Counted from the first letter of the stretch, positions 46,266 through 56,533 are shown. The stretch: DNA of 64,000 bases from an uncultured Candidatus Saccharibacteria bacterium (GCA_964596395.1 CAZQSY010000006.1:153-64152), one strand, 5' to 3'. The notes: a model not told the origin generated them from the letters alone. Made by a program: numbers and translations.

Positions 46266-46793
46266 ATGGAAAAACGCAGTTTTGCTTTCGTGGACATAGA
46301 AACCACCGGACTCGACGTAGCAGTGCACGAGATTGTTGAAATCGGGTGCGTTATAGTTAACCCCGAACTCGAAATTATCGGGACTTTTGAAGCGAAAGCA
46401 AAACCGGAACACATAGAAAACGCCGACCCGGTTTCGCTCAAGGTGAATCACTACAGCGAGAGCGGCTGGGAAAATGCGGGGACGCTAGCCGAGGCCATGA
46501 AGTCCTTCTCCGAGAAAGCCAGGGATTGCGTGATGGTGGGCCACAACGTGGCGTTTGATTCGTGTTTTTTAGAACAGGCCTTCGCGAAAACGGGGGTGAA
46601 AAATACCATGCATTACCACAAGCTCGATACTATTTCAATCGCTTGGGCCAAACTTCACGGGCGCGAAGATGTGAAGCACCTTTCGCTACGCGACCTTACC
46701 AAACATTTCGGCATAGAAAACCCAAAAGCGCACAGCGCCCTCTCCGACGCTTATGCTACGTTCGAGCTTTACAAGAAATTGATGGAGGTTTAG
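46266..46793 (+). CDS. DEDDh 3'-5' exonuclease domain protein (DnaQ/epsilon-like)
   Basis: Exo I FAFVDIETTGLD, Exo II MVGHNVAFDSCFL, Exo III HSALSDAYAT. Confidence 0.7.
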   Translation: MEKRSFAFVDIETTGLDVAVHEIVEIGCVIVNPELEIIGTFEAKAKPEHIENADPVSLKVNHYSESGWENAGTLAEAMKSFSEKARDCVMVGHNVAFDSCFLEQAFAKTGVKNTMHYHKLDTISIAWAKLHGREDVKHLSLRDLTKHFGIENPKAHSALSDAYATFELYKKLMEV

Positions 46794-46814
46794 TTTTATG
46801 TAAAGATAATTTGT

Positions 46815-47042
46815 CTATTCCTCACTTTTTATTATTTTGGCTCGCGCTGTGTTTACGAAATTATCTAACAATGAGAGTAGCTGAGGTGATGTAATTTCTC
46901 TACTCCTGAACTTTTGTAGTAGTTCTGCAAGTTTTGCTAAAATTTCCCGTTGACCCATTCTGTTGGCTACTTCAGCGATATTTGCTACTTCCCCATCGGC
47001 AAGTTGTTCAGGTTGTACGGGTGCTCTACTTTCTTTCACCAT
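46815..47042 (-). CDS. small hypothetical protein (75 aa)
   Basis: Fills the 300-bp gap between convergently/divergently arranged genes; no homology recognised. Confidence 0.3.
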   Translation of the reverse strand: MVKESRAPVQPEQLADGEVANIAEVANRMGQREILAKLAELLQKFRSREITSPQLLSLLDNFVNTARAKIIKSEE

Positions 47043-47092
47043 ATGCTTTATTTATCAAATATGTTAATAATGTAATTTATTATACCACTTTT

Positions 47093-48280
47093 ATGAAAAG
47101 CAAGAAGAAAACAATATTTGTCGGGCTTTCGGGGGGTGTGGATAGCGCTGTTTCCGCCGCTTTGCTCAAAAAAGAAGGTTGCGAAGTGGTCGGGGTTTTT
47201 ATGAAGACCTGGCACCCGGATTTTTTGCCCTGCAACGAAGAAAAAGAGCGCCGAGACGCGATGCGGGTTGCCGCGCATTTAGATATACCTTTCCTCACTT
47301 TTGATTTTGAAGAAGTTTACAAAAAGGAAGTTGCTGATTACATGATTGCCGAGTATAAAGCGGGGCGGACGCCGAATCCCGACATAATGTGCAACAAATA
47401 CGTGAAGTTCGGCGCTTTTTTAGATAAAGCGCTCTCTATGGGGGCGGATTTCGTGGCGACGGGGCACTACGCTAGGGTAGAAAAGATTTCAGCGGGAAAT
47501 GCTTTTTCTCAGGTCCTCGGGTCGCCCGCGCAGAATTTTTTTAAGGAGCGGGCTCAACCAGACCGTTCGAAAAAGCATTTCCCGCTTTCATTACTAAAAG
47601 GCAAAGACCCCGCCAAAGACCAAAGTTATTTTCTTTGGACCCTGACGCAAAAACAACTGTCTAAAATTTTGTTCCCCGTTGGCCATTTGCCGAAGCCCGA
47701 AGTTCGCAAGGTTGCCAAAAAAATCGGGCTTCCGGTCTCAGAAAAAAAAGACAGCCAGGGAATCTGTTTTTTGGGCGAAGTGGATTTGAAAAAATTCCTG
47801 AAGCACTACATCAAAGAAAAGAAGGGAAAAGTTTTGCGCGCCGAAGACGGCGCGGAAATCGGATATCATGACGGAACGGTTTTCAGCACTTTGGGCGAGC
47901 GTCACGGATTCACCATTACCAAGAAAAACCCGAACGACGGGCCGTACTACATAGTGAGTAAAGATTTAGAAAAAAATGTTTTGATAGTTTCATCCAGGCA
48001 AGGCCTAGCTCAAAATCATTCTAACATTCCCTGCTTGCCGGACAGGCAGGTAACGAACATTAGAATAAGAAATATTAATTGGGTTTCTGATATTCCTGAG
48101 GCCGAAAAAAAATACACCGCCCAAATCCGCTACCACGGAGAATTTTTGCCATGCAAGATTGAATGCAAAACGCCGGATGCCGGGCAGGCGGTTTTCGATA
48201 GGCCCGTTTTGGTTGCGCCCGGGCAATCTTTGGTTCTATACGATCAAGATGTTTGTCTAGGCGGTGGAATTGTGCGATAA
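47093..48280 (+). CDS. mnmA: tRNA-specific 2-thiouridylase MnmA
   Basis: PP-loop VGLSGGVDSAVSA; catalytic Cys region DIMCNKYVKFGAF; start trimmed to MKSKKK (track ORF extended upstream). Confidence 0.85.
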   Translation: MKSKKKTIFVGLSGGVDSAVSAALLKKEGCEVVGVFMKTWHPDFLPCNEEKERRDAMRVAAHLDIPFLTFDFEEVYKKEVADYMIAEYKAGRTPNPDIMCNKYVKFGAFLDKALSMGADFVATGHYARVEKISAGNAFSQVLGSPAQNFFKERAQPDRSKKHFPLSLLKGKDPAKDQSYFLWTLTQKQLSKILFPVGHLPKPEVRKVAKKIGLPVSEKKDSQGICFLGEVDLKKFLKHYIKEKKGKVLRAEDGAEIGYHDGTVFSTLGERHGFTITKKNPNDGPYYIVSKDLEKNVLIVSSRQGLAQNHSNIPCLPDRQVTNIRIRNINWVSDIPEAEKKYTAQIRYHGEFLPCKIECKTPDAGQAVFDRPVLVAPGQSLVLYDQDVCLGGGIVR

Positions 48281-48287
48281 TTAAAAA

Positions 48288-48767
48288 ATGAACGAATTTT
48301 TTGTTCAAAACGGGGAAGTAGCAATTCGGCTCGCGATAGCCGTCGTTTTAGGTGCGCTTATAGGTGCCGAGCGCCTACTAGTACGCAAGGACGCGGGAGT
48401 CAAAACGCACGCACTGGTGTCTTTGGGGGCGGCGCTTTTTGTCATCGTTTCGGAAGCCATGGCTGCGAAATACAGCTCTTTTGGAAATTTTGACCCGAGC
48501 CGTATAGCCTCGCAGATAGTGGTAGGCATAGGTTTCCTGGGAGCGGGTCTCATAATTTTCCAAGACAACAAGCTTTTAGGGCTTACCACAGCGAGCGGAC
48601 TTTGGGTGACAGCTGGCATTGGCACGGCCGCCGGTTTTGGTCTCTTTGGGATAGCTCTTATTGCCACATTGCTTGTACTTGTCGTGCTTACGATTATGTT
48701 TTTTGTCGAGAGACCCATAAGGAGAATTTCGGAAAAGAACTTTGAGAATTATAATTCTAGAAGTTGA
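48288..48767 (+). CDS. MgtC/SapB family membrane protein
   Basis: RLAIAVVLGALIGAER...GVKTHALVSLGAALFVI...GLWVTAGIGTAAG. Confidence 0.7.
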   Translation: MNEFFVQNGEVAIRLAIAVVLGALIGAERLLVRKDAGVKTHALVSLGAALFVIVSEAMAAKYSSFGNFDPSRIASQIVVGIGFLGAGLIIFQDNKLLGLTTASGLWVTAGIGTAAGFGLFGIALIATLLVLVVLTIMFFVERPIRRISEKNFENYNSRS

Positions 48768-48773
48768 TTTTTT

Positions 48774-50621
48774 ATGCAATCAGGCGAAATACGCTCAAGG
48801 TTTTTGAAGTTTTTTGAAGAAAGGGGGCATAAAATAATTCCCTCGGCTCCACTTGTTCCTGTTAACGACCCTAGCACCCTTTTTACCGGCTCTGGCATGC
48901 AACCAATGGTTCCATATCTGCTCGGCGAGCCACATCCTCTCGGTAAACGCATTGCTGATTCTCAAAAATCTTTCCGTACCGTTGATATAGACGAGGTTGG
49001 AGATAATCGTCACACTACTTTTTTCGAGATGCTTGGCAACTGGTCCTTGGGAGATTATTTCAAGAAAGAACAAATTAAATGGGTGTTTGAATTTCTCGTT
49101 GATGGTATCGGACTTAATCCCAAAAAACTCTATGTCTCTGTTTTTATTGGCGATGAGAAAAACAATATTCCTAAAGATCCGGAATCGGCCAGTTTTTGGA
49201 AAGCCCTGTTTGAAGAAAAAGGCATAGAGGCGAAGGAAATTAATATCGGTAGTGAAGAAAACGGATACAGGGTTGGCATGCAGGGTGGCCGTATATTTTA
49301 CTACGACGTGAAAAAAAATTGGTGGAGCCGCGCGGGTACTCCGGATGATATGCCCGTGGGAGAACCGGGCGGTCCCGACTCGGAAGTTTTCTACGAATTT
49401 GAAGGAATTGAGCATAACCCTAAGTTTGGCGAGTATTGTCATCCTAACTGCGACTGTGGAAGATTTTTAGAGATAGGTAACAGTGTTTTTATGGAGTACA
49501 AGAAAAATGAGGATGGCACTTTTTCCAAATTACCGAAACAAAACGTTGATTTTGGCGGGGGCCTAGAGCGCATTACCATGGCGGTAAATAATAATCCAGA
49601 CATCATCAAAACCAACCACGGTTACATTCTTGATTTTCTCGAAAGAATTTCCGGTAGGAAGTACGGAGAAAAAATCGAAGACACAAAAGCTTTTCGTGTT
49701 ATTTCAGACCATATGAAAGCAGCCGTATTTTTGATTGCCGATGGTGTTACTCCATCTAATACCGAACGTGGTTATTTTATTAGACGACTAATTCGCCGCG
49801 CGGTCCTATTTTCCGATAAACTAGGCATAGAGCATAGTGGTTTAGCCCATGTAACCGATTCAATAGTTGAATCTTACAGAGATATATATCCCGACACGTA
49901 TGAAAAAAGAGAACAAGTTAAAAAGGAAATTTCACTCGAAGAGCAAAAGTTTAGAGAAACACTTGCAAGAGGAATGAAAGAATTTGAAAGAGGTACCGAC
50001 CCGTTCGTTTTATTCACTACTTACGGATTTCCTATTGAACTAACCCAAGAAATTGCGAAAGAACGAGGCAAAGAAATCGATATTGAAGATTTTCGCAAAA
50101 AGATGGCCGAGCATCAAAAACTTTCACAAACTGCTTCGGCTGGCATGTTCAAAGGGGGACTTGCGAACCACAACGAAAAAACAGTCAAATTGCACACCGC
50201 GCACCACCTTCTGCTTGCTGGTTTGCAAAATGTCGTGGGGAAAAGTGTAAAACAGAGGGGGAGCAATATAAATGAAGAGCGTTTGCGTATGGATTTCATA
50301 TGCGACCATAAACTAACCGAGGAAGAAAAGAAGAAAGTGGAAGATTTTGTGAATGAAAAAATAAAACAGGGTTTAAATGTCGTGCGCCGCGAAATGCCGC
50401 TCGAGGAAGCGCAGAAATTGGGCGCCGAGATGGAATTCGGTGCTAAATATCCCGATGTCGTTTCGGTTTATTTTGTGGAGGACGGGGAGGGGAATATTAT
50501 TTCAAAAGAATTCTGCGGCGGACCGCATGTGAAAAATACTTCTGAACTTGGCCCTTTCAAAATACAAAAAGAAGAAGCCGTTTCCGCCGGTATTCGCCGC
50601 ATCAAGGCGATGTTAGCTTAG
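48774..50621 (+). CDS. alaS: alanyl-tRNA synthetase (short form lacking the C-terminal C-Ala domain)
   Basis: Catalytic-domain motifs (RFLKFFEERGHKIIPSAPLVP, FTGSGMQ, GNWSLGDYFK) and editing-domain HTAHHLL plus CGGPHV. Confidence 0.9.
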   Translation: MQSGEIRSRFLKFFEERGHKIIPSAPLVPVNDPSTLFTGSGMQPMVPYLLGEPHPLGKRIADSQKSFRTVDIDEVGDNRHTTFFEMLGNWSLGDYFKKEQIKWVFEFLVDGIGLNPKKLYVSVFIGDEKNNIPKDPESASFWKALFEEKGIEAKEINIGSEENGYRVGMQGGRIFYYDVKKNWWSRAGTPDDMPVGEPGGPDSEVFYEFEGIEHNPKFGEYCHPNCDCGRFLEIGNSVFMEYKKNEDGTFSKLPKQNVDFGGGLERITMAVNNNPDIIKTNHGYILDFLERISGRKYGEKIEDTKAFRVISDHMKAAVFLIADGVTPSNTERGYFIRRLIRRAVLFSDKLGIEHSGLAHVTDSIVESYRDIYPDTYEKREQVKKEISLEEQKFRETLARGMKEFERGTDPFVLFTTYGFPIELTQEIAKERGKEIDIEDFRKKMAEHQKLSQTASAGMFKGGLANHNEKTVKLHTAHHLLLAGLQNVVGKSVKQRGSNINEERLRMDFICDHKLTEEEKKKVEDFVNEKIKQGLNVVRREMPLEEAQKLGAEMEFGAKYPDVVSVYFVEDGEGNIISKEFCGGPHVKNTSELGPFKIQKEEAVSAGIRRIKAMLA

Positions 50622-50654
50622 CCCTCCGAAGCATGCTTATGATATAATTAGCGT

Positions 50655-51860
50655 ATGGGGATTTTTTCCAAGCGTGAAAAAGAAGAAAACCTTTTTCTCC
50701 TTTTTGATGTCGGTTCTGCTTCGGTTGGCGGGGCCTTGTTCAAGGCCGGTGGTTCCCGGGTTCCGGAAGTTATTTTCTGCGCGCGCGAAAGCATCGACTT
50801 TGAAGAAAAGATAGAGCCGGAGAAGTTTTTTTCTTCTACTTTGCGCGCGTTGAACGCGGTTACCGGCAAAATTCATCTCTCGGGTCTAGGCAGGCCGGAG
50901 AAAATTTTTTGCGTGCTTTCGTCTCCCTGGTACGTATCGCAGACCAGATTTATCAAGCTTGAAAAAAACACGCCTTTCGTTTTCACCGAGAAGGTCGCCG
51001 ACGAGCTGATTCAGAAAGAAATAGAAATTTTGGAAAAAGAAAACACGGAAAAGTTTGGAAAAGAGTCGAAAAAAATCCGGCCGATAGAATTCAAGAGCAT
51101 GAAGACCTTCTTGAACGGCTATCCGATTGCGAATCCTTACGGCAAGAAAGCCAGGATTCTGGAAATGCCCGCTTTCATTTCTGCCGGAGCGGAAAAGATT
51201 TTGAAGAAGATGGAGCAAACAATAAGGAAACATTTCCATACGGAAAATGTGAAGTTCATGTCTTTCGCCATGGCGCAGTTCGCGGTGGCGCGGGACGTCT
51301 GGCGCGATAAAGAAAATTTTCTTCTGGTGGATATTGCCGGCGAAGTAACCGATGTCTCGATAGTCAAAAAAGAAGTGCTACACAATTCTGTCTCTTATCC
51401 GCTCGGGCGCAATTTTATCATCCGAAAAATCGCGCAGGAATTCGGTTTTACCTTAAACGAAGCCGAGTCGGTCATATCGCTTTATATCCAAGGACACGCC
51501 GATAAATCCCTGCTCAGGAAGATTCTGCCTTTTATGAAAGAGGCCGAAAGCGATTGGCTCAGGGGCTTTCAGCAGTCCTTGATAAAAATATCCAACGATA
51601 TTTCAATCCCGGCCGATGTTTTTATGTCGGCGGACAGGCAATTTGAAAAATTTTTCGGAGATATCATAGAGACGGAACAATTTAGCCAGTACACCCTGAC
51701 CGAGTCGAAATTTCGGGTTGTTCCGATGAATACCGAAATACTGCACGGCTTGGCGTCTTTCAAAGAAGGAGTGAAGCGCGACCCTTTCATAATCGCGGGT
51801 ATTTTTTATGCAAGCCGTTTTTTGCTGGCGCCCGCCTTGGGTAGCGGAACGAGGATTTAA
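50655..51860 (+). CDS. actin-like ATPase-fold protein (FtsA/PilM-like)
   Basis: LLFDVGSASVGGALF (phosphate-1-like) and LLVDIAGEVTDVSIV...LGRNFIIRKIAQEFG (phosphate-2/adenosine-like) arranged as in FtsA/PilM. Confidence 0.4.
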   Translation: MGIFSKREKEENLFLLFDVGSASVGGALFKAGGSRVPEVIFCARESIDFEEKIEPEKFFSSTLRALNAVTGKIHLSGLGRPEKIFCVLSSPWYVSQTRFIKLEKNTPFVFTEKVADELIQKEIEILEKENTEKFGKESKKIRPIEFKSMKTFLNGYPIANPYGKKARILEMPAFISAGAEKILKKMEQTIRKHFHTENVKFMSFAMAQFAVARDVWRDKENFLLVDIAGEVTDVSIVKKEVLHNSVSYPLGRNFIIRKIAQEFGFTLNEAESVISLYIQGHADKSLLRKILPFMKEAESDWLRGFQQSLIKISNDISIPADVFMSADRQFEKFFGDIIETEQFSQYTLTESKFRVVPMNTEILHGLASFKEGVKRDPFIIAGIFYASRFLLAPALGSGTRI

Positions 51861-51901
51861 CTCTCCTGGATTTTGCGTCTCTGGAGATATAAAATAAAGT
51901 T

Positions 51902-53161
51902 ATGACCAAAAGAATACTTCAGGATATGGTAAAGGTGAGAAAATCGCCGCCCGAGGCCATAAGGCCGCCGAGGGAAAGGGAAGAAAATATTTTCCCCGCG
52001 CGAGAGAGGCCGAAGGTTTTGAAGACCGATTCGAAATATGGAATTTATTTCGTCGCGCTGGTTTCCGTCGTTTCTTTACTTTTCGCGCTCTCATATCTTT
52101 TTTCCGGGGTGAAAATCACTCTGACCCCGAAGACGGAAGAAATACAGTTCAAGAAAAGTTTCTCTGCCTCTGGCGCGAACAGTTCAGCCGACCTTTCCTT
52201 CGAGACGGTGGTTCTCACCGGGGAACAGAGCAAGACCATTTTGGCCGGCGAGCAAAAAGACGTGAAGATTCCGGCTAAAGGCACCGTGGTTATCTACAAT
52301 TCGTTCAGTTCTTCCCCACAGGCGCTGGATATAGATACACGGCTGGAGGGTTCGAACGGCAAACTATACAAGACCGACCAGAAGATAACGGTGCCAGGCA
52401 TGAAAGAAGACGGCAAGCCAGGAAGTGTGGAAGTCGGGATACATGCCTCTGAAGGAGGTCCTTCATACAACAGCGGGCCGCTTGATTTTAAAATTTTTGG
52501 TTTCAAGGGAACTCCGAAATACGCGAAATTTTACGGCCGGTCAAAAGGCGACATAGCCGGCGGTTTCGAAGGAAAGTCGCCGGTGGTTTCTTCGCTCGAC
52601 AAGAGTATTGCCGTAAACGATTTGAAGTCGAAACTCAAAGATGGTCTTCTCCCTAAGATCGGCGCGCAGATACCGCAGGGCTTTGTGTTTTTCAAAAACG
52701 CGGCTTTTCTCTCGGTGGATGACAGGCAAACCATCGTTTCCGCCTCGGGGGAAGATATGGCATTGGTAACCATCAAGGGTTCTCTGTACGGCGTGCTTTT
52801 TGACGAGAAAAAATTAGCCAAGAAAATCGCAGAGACGGTGGTTGACAAATATGACGGGAGTGAAATTTATATACCGAATATCCGTGAGCTCGAGTTTTCC
52901 CTGCCCGGCGCAGAGGACATAAATTTTGCCGAAGCAAAAAGCATAAACTTCTCTCTTTCCGGCACGCCGAAGATTGTCTGGAGAGTTGACGAGGGCAAGT
53001 TCGTCTCTGACCTGCTTCGAAAAGAAAAAAGCGAATTCAATAACATTCTCTCGAAACACACCAGCATCTCTACTGCCAAATTGGTCATACGTCCGTTCTG
53101 GAAAGGTTCTTTTCCGGAAAAAGCGGAAGACATACAAATCATCGTCAACTATCCGCAGTAA
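51902..53161 (+). CDS. bitopic membrane protein, hypothetical (possible partner of the FtsA/PilM-like protein)
   Basis: Basic cytoplasmic N-terminus, one TM helix, ~330-aa extracytoplasmic beta-rich domain. Confidence 0.45.
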   Translation: MTKRILQDMVKVRKSPPEAIRPPREREENIFPARERPKVLKTDSKYGIYFVALVSVVSLLFALSYLFSGVKITLTPKTEEIQFKKSFSASGANSSADLSFETVVLTGEQSKTILAGEQKDVKIPAKGTVVIYNSFSSSPQALDIDTRLEGSNGKLYKTDQKITVPGMKEDGKPGSVEVGIHASEGGPSYNSGPLDFKIFGFKGTPKYAKFYGRSKGDIAGGFEGKSPVVSSLDKSIAVNDLKSKLKDGLLPKIGAQIPQGFVFFKNAAFLSVDDRQTIVSASGEDMALVTIKGSLYGVLFDEKKLAKKIAETVVDKYDGSEIYIPNIRELEFSLPGAEDINFAEAKSINFSLSGTPKIVWRVDEGKFVSDLLRKEKSEFNNILSKHTSISTAKLVIRPFWKGSFPEKAEDIQIIVNYPQ

Positions 53162-53174
53162 TATACCTTTACTG

Positions 53175-53203
53175 TTGACTCTAAAAGTTTAATTTAGTAT
53201 TAT
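53175..53203 (+). promoter_or_regulatory. sigma-70-like promoter TTGACT-17-TATTAT upstream of infA
   Basis: Canonical hexamers and spacing, TSS ~12 nt before the start codon. Confidence 0.5.
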
Positions 53204-53214
53204 CTAACGAATTG

Positions 53215-53448
53215 ATGAACGGGCAAAAAATTGAAAAGGACTTGACGGCGAGGGGAGTGGTTACCGAATCGCTTCCTTCAACCTTGTTTCGGGTAAAAAT
53301 AAAAGAGAAGGACGGCGAAGAAAAAGAAATCTTGGCGTATCTCTCGGGTAAAATGCGCATGCATCGAATCAAGGTATTAATCGGCGACTCGGTTGAAGTC
53401 GTACTAGACGAGTACGGGGGGAAAGGAAGGATTGTGAAAAGGTTGTAA
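53215..53448 (+). CDS. infA: translation initiation factor IF-1
   Basis: S1-like fold sequence GVVTESLPSTLFRVKI...AYLSGKMRMHRIKVLIGDSVEV..GKGRIV. Confidence 0.85.
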   Translation: MNGQKIEKDLTARGVVTESLPSTLFRVKIKEKDGEEKEILAYLSGKMRMHRIKVLIGDSVEVVLDEYGGKGRIVKRL

Positions 53449-53550
53449 TTTTTTTAGTTATAGTGTATTATACTGATTACAGTTTTATAAAAGGTTTTAT
53501 ACATTGAAAAATCAAGGGTTTTTCCCTTATTTTTTGTCTTGTTTGTTTTT

Positions 53551-53661
53551 ATGCGCATAAGAGCAACCGTCAAAAAAATATGCGACAACTGCAAAATGGT
53601 GAAACGCGGAAGGCACCTGCGGGTTGTCTGTTCTAATCCGAAGCATAAGCAGAAACAGTAG
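53551..53661 (+). CDS. rpmJ: 50S ribosomal protein L36
   Basis: [36 protein letters not shown] with a CxxC...C...H zinc ribbon; not in the track (<60 aa). Confidence 0.85.
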   Translation: MRIRATVKKICDNCKMVKRGRHLRVVCSNPKHKQKQ

Positions 53662-53669
53662 AAATTTTC

Positions 53670-54050
53670 ATGAGAGTATTTGGCATAACAATACCAGACG
53701 ATAAAAGATTGGAATTCGGCCTCACTTGCCTTTACGGCATAGGTGTTTCTACTGCGCGCAAGATTTTGGCGAAGGTGGATATAGATTTAGGCAAGAAGGC
53801 CAAAGAACTTACCGCCGAAGAGGAAAACAAAATACGAACCATCATCGAGGGGATGAAAATCGAAGGAAACCTGAAGAGAGAAGTTTCCGCCAACATCAAG
53901 AGATTGAAAGACATCAAGACCTACCGCGGAGTGAGGCACGCCAAGAGGTTGCCCGTCAGAGGCCAGCGCACTAAGACCAATTCAAGAACAGTCAGAGGCA
54001 ATGTCAGAAAGACGATGGCTTCGGGACGAAGAAAAGAGAGCAAGACCTAA
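53670..54050 (+). CDS. rpsM: 30S ribosomal protein S13
   Basis: GITIPDDKRLEFGLTCLYGIG..; C-terminal basic tail. Confidence 0.9.
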   Translation: MRVFGITIPDDKRLEFGLTCLYGIGVSTARKILAKVDIDLGKKAKELTAEEENKIRTIIEGMKIEGNLKREVSANIKRLKDIKTYRGVRHAKRLPVRGQRTKTNSRTVRGNVRKTMASGRRKESKT

Positions 54051-54065
54051 AATAGTTATGTAGTT

Positions 54066-54521
54066 ATGGGAAAAACAAAAATCACAACTAAACCCGAAGA
54101 AGAATCCGTCGAGAAAGGCGCAAAGCCGGCGCCGACCGAAGAGAAGGGAACTTCCGCGAAAACCCCGAAGAAAAAAATCACTTCGGGCACTTTATATATC
54201 GATGCCACCTTCAACAACACGAAAGTTCTTTTCGGAGACAAGATAGGCAATACTTTGTTTTGGTCAAGCGCCGGCAGTTTGGGTTTCAAAGGGGCGAAGA
54301 AAGGAACGCCTTTTGCCGCTTCGAAAGTGGGTGACCTGATAGCCGAGAAGGCGGCGGCTCTGGGTGTGAAAGACGCCGGAGTAGTGGTGCGGGGGGTTGG
54401 CTCTGGACGTGAACCGGCGATAAGGGCCTTCATGGCACGGGGCATAGACATAACTTCCATCAAAGATGTGACTCCGGTCCCGCACAACGGGCCGAAGCCG
54501 AAGAAGCCGAGGAGAGTTTAA
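54066..54521 (+). CDS. rpsK: 30S ribosomal protein S11 (with N-terminal Lys/Glu-rich extension)
   Basis: ATFNNTKVLFGD..GNTLFWSSAGSLGFKGAKKGTPFAA...GVVVRGVGSGREPAIRAF. Confidence 0.9.
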   Translation: MGKTKITTKPEEESVEKGAKPAPTEEKGTSAKTPKKKITSGTLYIDATFNNTKVLFGDKIGNTLFWSSAGSLGFKGAKKGTPFAASKVGDLIAEKAAALGVKDAGVVVRGVGSGREPAIRAFMARGIDITSIKDVTPVPHNGPKPKKPRRV

Positions 54522-54555
54522 CAAATGAGCGGGCGGTATATTTTAAAAATCAGCA

Positions 54556-55161
54556 ATGATAAAGAAACCAAAATTTAAAATAGCAAGAAGGTTAGGGGCA
54601 GGGGTTTATGACAAATGCCAGACCCCGAAATTTTCGGCTTCTTCCGGGAAGTTTGGCGGTTCGTTCGGGAAGCGTCCCAAGGCCCTGACCGAATACGGCA
54701 CTCAGTTGATTGAAAAGCAGAAGATTCGCTATTCGTACGGGATTACCGAGCGCCAGCTGGGAAATTACGTGGGAAAAGCGACCCAAGCGAAAGGCGCCGG
54801 CGCGGCCGAGAAATTTTATGAAGAACTCGAATCCCGGCTCGATAATGTAATTTACAGAATGGGCTTGGCTCCATCCAGACGCGCGGCCAGGCAGATGGTT
54901 TCTCACGGACATTTCGTAGTGAATAAAAAGAAAGTAACGGTCCCGTCTTACGGAGCCAGAGTCGGGGATTTGATAGAAATACGCGAGGGTTCCAAGGGCA
55001 GGAAAATTTTTGACAATTTGAATGAAAGAATGAAGAATTACAATCCGCCGGCTTGGCTTGTTTTTGATACGTCAAAGATGGAAGGAAAGGTGCTGGCCAA
55101 ACCCAAAAATACGGAGACATTTCTCGACCTAAACTCCGTGCTTGAATTTTATAGCCGTTAA
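54556..55161 (+). CDS. rpsD: 30S ribosomal protein S4
   Basis: LDNVIYRMGLAPSRRAARQMVSHGHFVVNKKKVTVPSY. Confidence 0.9.
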   Translation: MIKKPKFKIARRLGAGVYDKCQTPKFSASSGKFGGSFGKRPKALTEYGTQLIEKQKIRYSYGITERQLGNYVGKATQAKGAGAAEKFYEELESRLDNVIYRMGLAPSRRAARQMVSHGHFVVNKKKVTVPSYGARVGDLIEIREGSKGRKIFDNLNERMKNYNPPAWLVFDTSKMEGKVLAKPKNTETFLDLNSVLEFYSR

Positions 55162-55187
55162 TTTTATTAATATTTAAAAGCAAAAAA

Positions 55188-56174
55188 ATGCCCGAATATA
55201 AAATAATTTTGCCCTCCAAGCCCCGCGTTGTCTTGGAAGAGGAAAAAAAAGGAGTGTTTGAGATAGACGGCCTTTACCCCGGCTATGGTCACACTCTAGG
55301 CAACAGCTTACGGAGAATCATTCTCTCATCTCTCCCGGGCGCCAGCATTACCTCTATCAAGATAGACGGCGTAAGCCATGAATTTCAGACAATCGAGGGG
55401 ATAAAAGAAGATGTAATCATTATGATTCTGAACTTAAAAAAAGTTCGTTTCAAGATGCTGTCTGACGAGCCACAGATGGTCACCTTGTCGGTGAAAGGTC
55501 CGAAGGAAGTCACCGCGAAAGACATAAAGACCGGCGGGCAGGTTGAAATACTCAATCCGGAAATGCATATTGCCGAAGTTACGGGCAAAGCGAATCTGAA
55601 TATAGAGATGAGAATAGAAAAGGGGCTGGGTTTTGTTCCGAAAGAGGCCCTGCAGAAAGAAAAAGTGGATATCGGCACGATAGCGGTGGACGGCATTTTT
55701 ACTCCGATTCGCCGGGTTTCTTATGAAGTTGAAAATATGCGCGTGGGGGACAATACGAATTTCAACCGCCTGCGCGTTTCGATAGAGACCGACGGCACCC
55801 TCACGCCGCGCGAGGCGCTGATGCGTTCGATTGATATAATGATAAACCAGCTCAAAGCCATAACCGGTTTCAAGGAAGTCGAAATTCCGGTTTCAGAGGA
55901 AACGGAGGTTTCGGGTGGAGGCGGAGAGCAAGAAGCAGAGGGAATGTCCGATAAAAAATCCGACGACCTCACCGACGTGCTTAAAACACGCACGGAAAGC
56001 TTAGACCTTTCCACCAGAACGATGAACGCTCTGGCTGCCAAAGGAATCCGCACGCTGGGCGGTTTGGCCAGAAAGAAACGGGAAGATTTGCTTGAAATCG
56101 AAGGAATCGGGGAAAAAGGAATCAGCGAAATCAAAAAGGTATTGAATAAATTCGGGCTTAGCTTGAAAGAATAA
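55188..56174 (+). CDS. rpoA: DNA-directed RNA polymerase subunit alpha
   Basis: N-terminal GYGHTLGNSLRRILLSSLPG; C-terminal domain DLSTRTMNALAAKGIRTLGGL. Confidence 0.92.
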   Translation: MPEYKIILPSKPRVVLEEEKKGVFEIDGLYPGYGHTLGNSLRRIILSSLPGASITSIKIDGVSHEFQTIEGIKEDVIIMILNLKKVRFKMLSDEPQMVTLSVKGPKEVTAKDIKTGGQVEILNPEMHIAEVTGKANLNIEMRIEKGLGFVPKEALQKEKVDIGTIAVDGIFTPIRRVSYEVENMRVGDNTNFNRLRVSIETDGTLTPREALMRSIDIMINQLKAITGFKEVEIPVSEETEVSGGGGEQEAEGMSDKKSDDLTDVLKTRTESLDLSTRTMNALAAKGIRTLGGLARKKREDLLEIEGIGEKGISEIKKVLNKFGLSLKE

Positions 56175-56179
56175 GAAAC

Positions 56180-56533
56180 ATGCGGCACCACAACACAAAC
56201 AGAAAATTCGGCAGAACAAGGAATCAGAGAAACGCGCTTCTATCTTCTTTGGCGCTCAATCTTATCCTGCGCGAGAAGATAAAAACCACTTTGCCGAAAG
56301 CGAAAGAAACCAGGCCTCTGGCCGAAAAGCTCGTTACCCGGGCGAAAAAAGACAACATGAGCTCGCGAAGATTCGTCGCATCCAGGCTGTCCAACAGCGA
56401 CAAAGGAGTGAAGAAGCTTTTCGAGAAAATTGCTCCGAAATACGCCGACAGAAACGGCGGCTACACTAGGATTCTGAAATTGGAAATTCGAAAATCCGAC
56501 GGCGCACAGATGGCGCGTTTAGAGTTTGTTTAA
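56180..56533 (+). CDS. rplQ: 50S ribosomal protein L17
   Basis: MRHHNTNRKFGRTRNQRNALLSSLALNLI. Confidence 0.9.
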   Translation: MRHHNTNRKFGRTRNQRNALLSSLALNLILREKIKTTLPKAKETRPLAEKLVTRAKKDNMSSRRFVASRLSNSDKGVKKLFEKIAPKYADRNGGYTRILKLEIRKSDGAQMARLEFV

